DNA from: Octopus sinensis
Taxonomy: Eukaryota
Assembly (NCBI RefSeq): GCF_006345805.1
Contig: NC_043001.1
Span: forward strand, 103,540,001 to 103,604,000
Direction: 5' to 3'
Length of the DNA stretch: 64,000 bases
Part shown: positions 52,996-64,000 of the stretch, piece after piece
Layout: each line of letters starts with the position of its first letter
How positions within the stretch are numbered: the first letter of the stretch is position 1
Program-made: the position numbers and the translations under genes
The notes under the pieces: model-generated
Seen by the model: the letters and a program-made list of their open reading frames with translations, nothing else
What the model was told of the DNA's origin: nothing
The model's database searches: none

Positions 52996-54074
52996 GAACA
53001 CGAGTAAATAAACGGAGAGAGAATAATAAACAATTGTGGTTTTAGCGATCAATCATGATTTTGTGATCAATCACACACATACACACACAGGAATGCAGTG
53101 TAAATAACGGACAGAGTCAAGACTATTGAAAAGATTGCAAGACGTAACGAAAATTTTAGGAAAATAAAAATAAGAAAAAAGTGGAAATTTTAACGGTGAG
53201 TGTGTTACATTATAAAGCAAAAAAAGAAAATGACTCTCCCCAGACACAACAAAATATGCTTCAACACACAAACTCATATAAAGAATCTTGCAAACCAAAT
53301 CCAAAAACGAAATATATTTTTATTGTATTAATTTTTTAAAGTTAGATATCATAAATAGCCAGCAAGCTTATTGGAAGTTAAAAGCGACACAAGACCAGCA
53401 TTAATACCACAAGGTAATCTTTAAATCCAGCTGAAAGCAGATGTTTTATAAGAAGTCTTAAGAGTTCGTCTCATATAGGTACCTGGTACTCAGAAAAAAA
53501 AAAAGAAGTTTTCATTCTGCATGTAAATTTCTCTGCCAGTTGTAAGTTAAACACAGATCATTTTGATAAGAATTCATCTCCATCTCATAATATGTTCAGA
53601 AGCTACAGGAAGTAAAATTTGTGGCAACAAATGCTTAGATCACACGTATTAGGTGAGCAGTAATAAAAACAAAAGAAACGGCAGAAAATTTCGCACTTAA
53701 TTGCTTTTATATCTTGGTTTAGTTTGCAAAATGGAGGAATTTGTTAGCTCGGCGTATATGAATATATTTTCTATATCTATAAAACTTAAGGTATGAAATG
53801 CATATTAAATCTAACTCAGCAACCGGATATTCATTTGTATAGAGAATAAATAGCCGCAAACAGTATGATATAGGATATTTGGAATATTGACAATAACCAC
53901 ATCAACAGCATCGAGAATATTTATCTGAAGGGGGAAACAATGTGGAAGTAACCAAAACACGCCAATTATTGGAATACTTGAAACTTCTTCCTTGTAAAGA
54001 GATTGGCAACAATTGCAGAGAGGAGACAAACTATACGACCAAAAGACATAACACGCATTGGTTTAAAATCTTGG

Positions 54075-54276
54075 CATAAGGCTTGAAATTTTCTGGAGAA
54101 TGGCGCTAGTCGATTACATCTACTCTAGTGATCGACTAGTATTTATTTTGTAGACCCTGAAAGGATGAAAGGCAAAGTCGACCTCGGCGGAATTTGAACT
54201 CAGAACGCAAAGCCAGACGAGATACTGATAAGCATTTCGCCCGATGTGCTAACGTTTCAGCCAGCTCGACGCCTTA
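54075..54276 (-). mobile_element. SINE family B
   Basis: Homologous to 24019-24250. Confidence 0.8.
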
Positions 54277-55097
54277 AAAAGAAAAAGGAAACAAAATACA
54301 GAAGATATTGAGATGTAGGATATGTGATTCACTTCTAGAATGCCGTCCTGTCACTGGGTGTAGTTAAGAAGGATGCATTTAGGAATAAAAGGATTTCGGC
54401 AGGGGTTGAATTAAAACGAGGCTGATAAGTTGAATTAAGCGTCATTATTGAAATTTCTCAGCAATTTGTTTTCCCATGAGCTTGCTATCAGAAAAAGGTT
54501 ACAAGCGATCGGGGAATGTTACGATTAGCAATTTAGTTAAGCGAAAATGCATCACACACATCCATTTTATCGAGTGAAACCGCAGCAATTCTTAGTAAGT
54601 AGTTTACTGCGAGTCGAAGAAACACTTGATATTGTATTATTTATTATTCATTATGTAAATTGGATAATGACAGCGACATAGGTGAGATAATCGGATGAAC
54701 TATTAATAAAGTAATGCATATTTTAAAAGATATGCCTGCTTCACCATAGCGAGGTGAAGAGATTGATATTCAATATAACACACTCACACACACACACATT
54801 CACTCACTCACACGCACACACACACACAGACGACAAGCAGTAACTTGTCGGTAACAAAATTCCACTTATGTACACACTTGTTTATGTGTAACTCTGTGTG
54901 TGTGTGTAAAAGACATCATTGACATGAGTGTCTTGTAGCCAACACATGCTATTACTACCTGTCCTCTACTTGTATCTAGTATACTAAATACCAATCTCGT
55001 TTTTCATCCTCGCCATCCTACATACGGCAACCAAATGACTGTTCCCTTTGAAGTTCATATCAAACGATGCGATTGGCCACTAACATGTAATTATATA

Positions 55098-55965
55098 CAC
55101 AGACTGCGATGGGTAAACTGTCTCCATTTTATATTTCTAATTTCGCGTATGCGCATTGTTTTTGATTTTGTCGACTACACAGTGTAGTAGGGTCAGTTGG
55201 ACGCCGTCTGTGAGAAAAACGGCGCCATGACGCAATTTACTCTCCCAGCAGTTTGTGACATGCTGTACTGCTCGGCATTCGCACCGGAAGCTCCAATACG
55301 AACATTTGGGAGTCAATCTGAAGACATATTGTCCCCAAAACATGTACCGAGAGTGATTAAAATCAAACATCCAGTCAACGTCTTGGCGTTTGGTGTGATC
55401 ACTAGTGATGGCCACGTTATGCCAGCATTCACCTTCCCATACGGCGTCACTCTACATGGAGGCCTACATCAAGTGCCTGGAGGAGGTAATGCTGTCCTGG
55501 GTCAAGAGGGGGGCTGCTGGAAGACCTTATATCTAGCAACAGGATTTTGCACTATGCCACACATGCAGGAGAACCTATTCATCACGGTCGCATAATTTCT
55601 GCGACACATCACCCCAAATATCTGGCCACCTAACTCCACAGACTGCAACCCCTTAGATTATTATGTGTGGGGCGCAGTTGTGCGGGAGACCAACACAAAT
55701 TCCTTGTAACATCAAAGATGAACTGAAGGCAAGGATTATGGCTGTATTCACCAACTTAAACAAAAAGACCGCCCAGAAGAGTTGCAGAAGATGCCGAAGT
55801 CGTCTGGAGGCCATGATTGAAGCCAATGGCGATTTCATTACATAAATTTTCTCTTTAGTATTTCAAGATATTTTTATGTAATTTTGGTAAATATTTCTAT
55901 TAAAATGAGACGTCAGTGTTATTTTCATTTATATGTAATTTAGACGACAGTTTATTCACCACACA
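55098..55965 (+). mobile_element. Internally deleted maT/DD37D-like transposon
   Basis: VPRVIKIKHPVNVLAFGVITSDG, QQDFALCH, WPPNSTDCNPLDYYVWG and RSRLEAMIEANG; degenerate TIRs (..GATGGGTAAACTGTC / GACAGTTTATTCACC). Confidence 0.85.
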
Positions 55966-56049
55966 CGAGGAAGCACATAAATGCAAAACAAGGCCGAACA
56001 AAATAGCACTCGAATTCTAAACGTAGAGTAATATGCTTTTTTTATATTA

Positions 56050-56310
56050 CTCGTGGTTGGGTTGTTGCACTTACGATCGCAAGATTGTTGGTTCGATTCC
56101 CTGACTGGGCGGTGCATTCTGTTCTTGAGCAAAACACTTCCTTTTATGTTGGTCAGGTCCCGCTTTCGATTGTGTGTGTGTGGGAGGGGGGATGTTGGCC
56201 TGCTCGCCTTGAAAGCGGGGCGGCGTCACTTGAAGGCTAAAACATAGCAAACTCTCATTGTGACCAGCGATGTGTAACAACATCTGGTAACCTGGTGGGT
56301 CACGTGATCA
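56050..56310 (+). mobile_element. SINE family D
   Basis: GGTTCGATTCCC B box and TTCTTGAGCAAAACAC. Confidence 0.65.
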
Positions 56311-56522
56311 CAAGCCTTGTGAGTGGATTTGATAGATGGAGAATGAAAGAAGCATAGTTGTATTTACATAGATAGTTAATGCTTTTTGTAATGCACTCGC
56401 ACGCGCGTGCAAACACCTCACACTCACATCCACATATAAATGTTTGTTCACATTCGCATCTATGTGATGGAACAGAATATAGAATACTCGTCTCTTCTAC
56501 CCCACCCCTTTCTCTCTAAATC

Positions 56523-56986
<464 letters not shown>

Positions 56987-57081
56987 ATATATATATATAT
57001 ATATATATATAATGTTACCACATGTGAATCGTTGGCGATATTTTTCTCCTCCGTCTTCCTTTTCTATTGGACTTTGCTCTG

Positions 57082-57114
57082 TTTCTGAAGAAGAGCCTTG
57101 CTCGAAACGTAAAA
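57082..57114 (+). ncRNA. Minimal type I hammerhead ribozyme in a Penelope-like tail (57040-57205)
   Basis: UUU-CUGAAGA-A-GAGC(CUU)GCUC-GAAA-C-GUA|AAA; stem I only 3 bp. Confidence 0.6.
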
Positions 57115-57232
57115 ACCACCTTTCTTTCCTACTCTGAGCGTCTGCTAATACTTTACATGTACCACGTCCTCACGTTGTCGTACTTCTTTTTGTGTTTGTT
57201 CTTCCATTATATATATGTATATATATGTATAT

Positions 57233-57306
<74 letters not shown>

Positions 57307-58049
57307 CTATGTATAGTATTTATATACATATATATTTGTTTGTATATGTGTATGTGTATGCATGTGTGTGCATGTGTGTGAGTGTCAGTATGTGTGTATG
57401 TGAATGCGGTCATCTACAAATATTGATAAAGTGATGCACTTTAAATAGATGATAGGTGGATGTATTTATACACATGCCAAACTCTCAAAGTCATTTTAGA
57501 ATTATTTATCATAAACGAAAGAGTACTATATACTTAACACGCTACTCGTGTTGTTGTTGCCGTTGTTATTGTGTTCGTACAATTGACAGCGGGGGGGGGG
57601 GGGTATGATAATGATTGTACCGTCGTGATGTTTGTGATATTTTAAGTGATATTGGACTTCATGGTGGTATCAGTTTGATGATGGAGATGGAGTTTGTGAT
57701 ATCCAAGGTGACTGCATTGGCGATGGTTTGTCGATAGAAAACGGACAGAAATACTAGCAGTTTATAGTACAGTTCCGTAATACTGGCATGATAATGGTGG
57801 CGTCGGGGAAGGTGTTACGGTGTCAATCAGTTGGATGGTGTGTTGGTATTGAAGGAGAAGAGCTAGTAATGAAATTGATGCTGCGGTATTGAGATTGATG
57901 TGGTGGCATGGCTTACAAATAGCCAATGTAATGTAATAGTGTTAATAGTCAATGTAATATAGTGGTGTGAAGATGTGGTAGAACTAATAGTAGTGTGTTT
58001 TAAGTGAAGTTCATGGAGTGCATACAAAATAGTCCTCCGTCGGCTTCGA

Positions 58050-58280
58050 CGACGAGTGTTCCAACTGATTCGATCAATGGTACAACCTGCTCGTGAAACT
58101 AACATGCAAGTAGCGGAGCACAGCACAGACACTCGTACCCTTAACATATCTGTCGGAGATTCAGTGTGACAAAGAATGTGACAAGGAGGGGCTGAAGGAT
58201 GCAACGTACCGCAAGGAATCGAACTTACGACCTTACGACCGTGGACCGAATCACGTAACCACTAAGCCACGCGCCTTCAC
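58050..58280 (-). mobile_element. tRNA-derived SINE (head at 58225-58280)
   Basis: Minus strand GAAGGCGCGTGGCTTAGTGG...AAGTTCGATTCC. Confidence 0.7.
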
Positions 58281-59175
58281 AGTGTATAAATTGTATTCGT
58301 ACTGGTTGGTGCTGAAGACACTGAGGACTTATTTATTGTAGTAATGTATATTATATATTGGTGTGGTGTTGCTGAAACTGGTGGAATTAAATGAATGTAA
58401 TGGTACAGGTATTAGTGTGATGGCATTAGAAGTGGTGGTTGTAATGGAGGTAGGGAGGTGGCCTGCACAGTGATGATGGCTATTGAAATGTGGTATTTAT
58501 AGCGATGATGGTTGGGGTGCATATGCTGGGATGAGGTACTGGCTGTGTTGGACTGTTCGTTGGATATGTACCTTTGGCGGATATTTGCTTAATCACTTCA
58601 AAAGCAACATCAAAAACAGAAAAATTACACAAACTAAGAACAAAAACAGAAATAAAAAATTGGAAACCAACAATGTCAAAATATATAACACCTCAGCCCG
58701 TCTCCCAAGGAAAAATAATCAAACAACCCCGCTCACCTTACAGATATTATCAGGCATTATAAAATAAGATATGAAAGAAATAAAGTAAAACTAAGTGAGG
58801 AACAGTGAGGAATATAGAAGCAGTAAGTATTTGTAATTATCGATCGTATTAGCGATGACTGTAGGTTCATAGCAGAAGAAAATTTAAGGAAAAAAAATCT
58901 GTAATGTTAAAAGCTGAAAATTGTGGTGGAGTGGTAAAGGACTGGAGGAGAGGAAATAAAACGATTGCCAATATTGAAGACTATGATGGAATACTTAGCA
59001 AGGGAAACCTTATGCCCTGGCACGCTTTACCGTTATTTCGAATATTCCTTGATTTTCTTAGATTGCAATATTTTCTCCCTCTCCGCCTACTCCTCCTACT
59101 CCTACTCCTCCTTATACCATAAAAGCGATCAATCTATCCGTATATCTATCGATCTAACTACTTACCTATCTATCA

Positions 59176-59238
<63 letters not shown>

Positions 59239-59554
59239 CATAGTTATCAATGTATCTACCAATCTATCTGTGTGTCTAAGTATATGTATATAGAAACACA
59301 CACATACACATACGTACACGTAATTACGCATGCGTACACATACTTAAATACACCCACAAACATACACGCACATACACACACACACACACACTCACACACA
59401 CACATATATATATATATATCTTCAATATGAGCACTGACACACATACTCACACACATGCAACTCAGAAACACATTATTGCTGAAGTCGCGAATATGCCGGA
59501 ACTGATACTTGATAGAAATATCTTTAGGTAAGGTTTCTGTGATTTATCACCACC

Positions 59555-59601
<47 letters not shown>

Positions 59602-59986
59602 GACTACTACCCTTACCGAATCATTCAGGTCTCCACGATCAATATAACAGTTGAAAAGGATATAGTGACTCCGTAGTGCTACGCTCAATAAATAATCAAA
59701 TAACTTTTACACATTCAGAGAAGCATTCGCCGCAAACAGGGTCAATTTAGAAGCCTCTAGTTACTATATTTACTTATTTGAAATAGCTGTCTAAACTCCC
59801 CCACAGTTTACAAGCATAGCTATGTGGTTAACAAGTTCGATTAGCCACAGCAAAGTTCCGAGTTCTGTCCCACAGCGCGGAGCTGTAGATAGATGTTGTT
59901 TACAGTTGTAATGAATCAACAAATAATTTATGAATAGAATTTACAAGGCGAAACTGTACTTATACATAAATACATATACACATATA

Positions 59987-60160
59987 GTGGAGGGAAAATG
60001 GCCCAGTGGTTAGGATAACGGATTCGTGGTCGTACGATCGCGGTTTCGATTCCCAGACCAGGCGTTGTGAGTGCTTATTGAGCGAAAACATCTAAAGCTC
60101 CACAAGGCTCCGGCAGGGAATTGTGACGAACCCTACTGTACTCTTTCACCACAACTTTCT
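59987..60160 (+). mobile_element. SINE family C head
   Basis: TGGCCCAGTGG and GGTTTCGATTCCC plus the family C motif. Confidence 0.78.
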
Positions 60161-60169
60161 CTCTCTCTC

Positions 60170-60212
<43 letters not shown>

Positions 60213-60899
60213 TATATATGTATATATATATAGTGAGGGCGATACTCTGAATAGCATTAAGTAAAAGTGCTTTTCAAGACAGTTCCTTTTCCATTTTATT
60301 ATATCCGTGTTACCAACGTTTTTAAGGATATTTGACTTAGATCGTCACTTTCTATGGAAATGAACTAGTTTATGCAAAAGCGCAATACAAATTCCTCATT
60401 TATTTTTCCAAACAAATGTTTTATGTAAAGTCATATAATTTAGAATTGTATGTAATCCTAGCTAAACGTTTGAAAAGAAAATTTTGAATTTTAAAAATAT
60501 TTGACGTAAAAGTTTGTTCACAAAACGCTATTTTGTTCCAATGTCTCCGAAGCATTTTGCTTCTAAATTTTCAGTAAGTGGAAGTTGGTGAAAATTGTTT
60601 GAATAATAAGAAATGAAAGCGAAGAAAAAATGGGCGAATATGATATAACCTTCTTGCTGTAGATTTGTTGCTATATGTAATGTAATGTCACTACGAAGCC
60701 ATCACAGCAAAGAGTGTACCTTTCGAAGAAAAAATAAACACAACCCGGAAAATAAGCGTATAATATATTATATGAATACGAAAGATGAAGGATATGTTTG
60801 AAAGATGTTAAACTGAAGATGCATTATATAAGAAATGTTAGCAATTGTAATACGAGGTATTACAATTAGTAAGAAAATATGGAAATCTAAATTATAAAA

Positions 60900-61075
60900 G
60901 AAATTCTTACCACGATTCCTGAAAACGATTCAGATATTTGAAAATTGGTTCCTCTTAATAATGATACTGTATGTGGTTATATTTGTGAATTGGAAGAGGA
61001 TATTTTTCGAGAATTTAGAATTTAACTACAAATTAACCACTTAAGCGATATGGAATCCTGTGAAACTCACACTAC
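60900..61075 (+). mobile_element. Ancient hAT (Buster/Charlie-like) transposase remnant
   Basis: Frame ILTTIPENDSDI*KLVPLNNDTVCGYICELEEDIF resembles the IPLSN.TV.RRI.EM.EDI motif. Confidence 0.4.
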
Positions 61076-62601
61076 ACCTTTTATGACAATTTGACAGGTT
61101 AGTCTAGTGATAAGAATATTTAATCTATTCGTGGTTCATTGTTTAATGTATCGGTAACTCCATCTTCTTAAAGGTCACCGTTAATCTAGCTTCAGTGATT
61201 TTTACTGCTAAGAAAACTGAAGATCAGGCCTTAACATTAGATTATTCCGCCAACCATATTGGCGGTTATGAAAAAAAAAACATTTCACGATTACTGAGAG
61301 TTTGTAATCTGTAAACACACTTCTCAGAGCCACAACAATTAAAGAATGGTTTTGAAATTAGATTTAAGGACTTCAATGAAATTAGAATGTTCTCTATTGA
61401 ATTTAAAAATAAACCTTTACGGGCAAAACAGAATAAAACATTGAATTACAGGGGACAATACTTAGGAAATAAGGAGGAAGTAAAGACGATTTTCTTTTAA
61501 ACTTAAAGTTTATTGTGAAATATGAGCAAAATGCATAAAATCTCTGTTTTTGAAAAGAGTCAAGTTATTGTTTGTTGCTAATGCATCATATCATCTATCG
61601 GAGACAGAGTGTTATCGAAATTCTAACCGAGTAACCAAAAATATAACCCGAAATTATGTCCACATATTGTAAACTTGTTCGGACAGCAGCAACAAAGACC
61701 TGACATTTGAATTATTCGAATTTTAATGATATTAATAAACAATATGCGCTATCTTAATTATTCATATTTTAATCATAATAAAGGAGATACGCATTCTTAA
61801 TCATTATATGCTAATCATAAAAACTAATCAATGTCTTTTATCTTAATTATTCTTATATAATCATAATAATAAATTATGTACATTTATCAGTAAAATAACA
61901 AGCCTGTTTATATTATAAATTCCATTAGAATCATTTCTTTTAAATATATAAGGGTAAAAGCTGATGTATTGATAAGTATGCAGGAAGTTTAGATGGACGA
62001 CGGGCTGAACAAGGAAACACGGCTCTAAATATACAAGTACACACACTCACATACACATTCACACACACACACGTAGACCTACATGTAATTTTATACGTAC
62101 CTATTTGTTATTTAAGCTCAATGTGTGACACTGATATATCAGAGCGCAAAACAAACCGATAAAGTATAAAATTAGGGGAAATCAATAACTGAAGAAGAAA
62201 CATCGTTTTATATTTGTCTAAAGAGAAATTTTCAACTTGATCTGAGTAAAGACTAAAGTAGGATATTTAAATAAGTTGTTGCAATACCTTAATGATTAAA
62301 GAAGAATGTATAAAGAGAACCATCATTTCAATTATCTGATGAGTGACGTACGTGATTCTGGACAAGAAACTAGAGAGTTTGTTGTAATCCCACTTATCTG
62401 TTAGTAAAGCAAGGCAGAAAATAAACTAATTCTTAAAGTGATAATTTGTAGTCAACTTAATGTGACAGTTCCATCAAAGTGAAGAATGCTACTGTTATTT
62501 AGCCCAAGAAAACAACGTTTCCTGTTGGACTTGACACATTTCCTGTATCCTTAAGTTTTCAAACAGGGGAGATAAGCACCTTCACCCAGCAAAGCCAGCA
62601 A

Positions 62602-62642
62602 CCAGAGACTAGTTTCAGAGTCATTGCCCTTCATCAGTCTGG
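62602..62642 (-). ncRNA. Apparently intact minimal type I hammerhead ribozyme
   Basis: Minus strand: CCAGA-CUGAUGA-AGGG(CAAUGA)CUCU-GAAA-CUAG-UC|UCUGG. All core nucleotides present; 5-bp stem I, 4-bp stem II, palindromic ACUAGU stem III, GUC cleavage triplet. Confidence 0.85.
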
Positions 62643-63696
62643 AGTAGCTTGACTTGCTAGCTGTCGATGCCTATTTGCCTTTGAAAACATATATATTTCA
62701 AGTGATTTTTGAAGTTAGAAATAATACATTTCTAATTCTCTCAGATATGTGCAGTAGCTGCACAATAAAAATGAATCTCGATTTCATGTTTCATTTTAAA
62801 GAAGGGATATTAAGAAAGTTTACAATTTCAGTGGACGCTTTGTCGGATTGCACAAGTGCGTATAAGCTTCAAGATTTAAGAGAAAGTCACGTCGTAATTT
62901 GAGCACCGAACAAACTGCTCAACAAAATTCCAAACACCAACACTTATCGCAATAAATGCTTACTGTAAAGAAGAAAAAATGCGATGCTAATTGAAACACT
63001 CATTTATATAATTCAGGTTTCAACATTAATTTATTTGATGAAACTAGAACTCTTGAAATACTGAGGTAGGAAGCAATATCTCAATACAACGAGTTATAAA
63101 TCGTTAAATCGGAGACATGAAACCTCATCCATGCGATAGCATTAAACTGAGCGACAGATGAGGTCTGTTCCAACTTCCGGCAGTTAGATTTCTTATCTTT
63201 TAGGAAATCCGTTGTCTATTTACAGCTTCTCTCCAAGCGTGAATAATCTTCACACACTTCAGTTTACATTCGATCATGAGAATGATTCTAGCTATTGGAG
63301 GGTTTCAAGACTTTCAACTCATAATTAAATATTCGACATTGAAGACGTCAAATGAAATATCATTGCTTTATTAACTCTTCACTCTTCACAGGAAACATCA
63401 CTTTTTCTATTACATATGTTTAATCTTCGACAGACAACCAAATACACGCCCCCACCCCATCCCGCCATGCATATATTTATATTCCTCAAGAAAGTCACTT
63501 ACAAATATTATCACCATCTCCATCATCATCATCATCATCATCATAATTATTGTCATTATCCTCATTCATTTCATCTCTCTCAGGTTTGCTTGTCTATTCT
63601 GTTTATCCGAACTAAAAGGTAAACTGATACAGGCTGCTTATATGCGATTCAAACGTCTGTTTCGGCGAGACAGACATATAAATAAGACTGCCATCG

Positions 63697-63717
63697 ATGA
63701 CGACGACGACGACGACG

Positions 63718-63754
<37 letters not shown>

Positions 63755-63816
63755 TAATAATAATAATAATAATAAGAATAATGATAAAAATAATAATGAT
63801 AATAATGATAATAATG

Positions 63817-63890
<74 letters not shown>
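63697..63890. repeat. (GAC)n/(AAT)n microsatellite
   Basis: Directly visible. Confidence 0.97.
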
Positions 63891-63892
<2 letters not shown>

Positions 63893-64000
63893 GTGAATAA
63901 TGATTACTGAAAGGAGCGAAGAAGAATTTAAGCAATTGCACTGCGAACCAATACAGACGATGGAATAAATAAATATTCAACATTTGCTTGGTGCAACAGA

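Noticed and set aside
60911-60918. 8-nt minus microexon GAATCGTG
   Set aside because: It lies inside a probable hAT remnant, and such AG..GTAAG pairs arise by chance.

Overview
AT-rich, microsatellite-saturated animal genomic DNA. The SINE families and repeat density look like a coleoid cephalopod such as octopus; this is inference, not a search result. Nearly all ORF-track entries are translations of simple repeats. A minus-strand protein-coding gene of unknown identity is hidden in the window, with three well-supported phase-0 exons (28810-28730, 19034-18858, 7056-6781) and a speculative first exon and microexons. Its introns are filled with dead transposons: Tc1, maT/DD37D-like, a full-length mariner with TIRs, hAT remnants and MITE, an R4/Dong-like RLE LINE, Penelope-like tails, at least four tRNA-derived SINE families, and an (ATT)n-embedded element. 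The most interesting items are minimal hammerhead ribozymes: one apparently intact at 62602-62642 (-), a head-to-head palindromic pair at 42112-42341, and variants at 57085 and 52964. Also notable are a 34-bp minisatellite derived from a SINE segment and ending in a fold-back, and several large inverted or tandem duplications that may partly be assembly artefacts. No CRISPR array, rRNA or bona fide tRNA gene was found.
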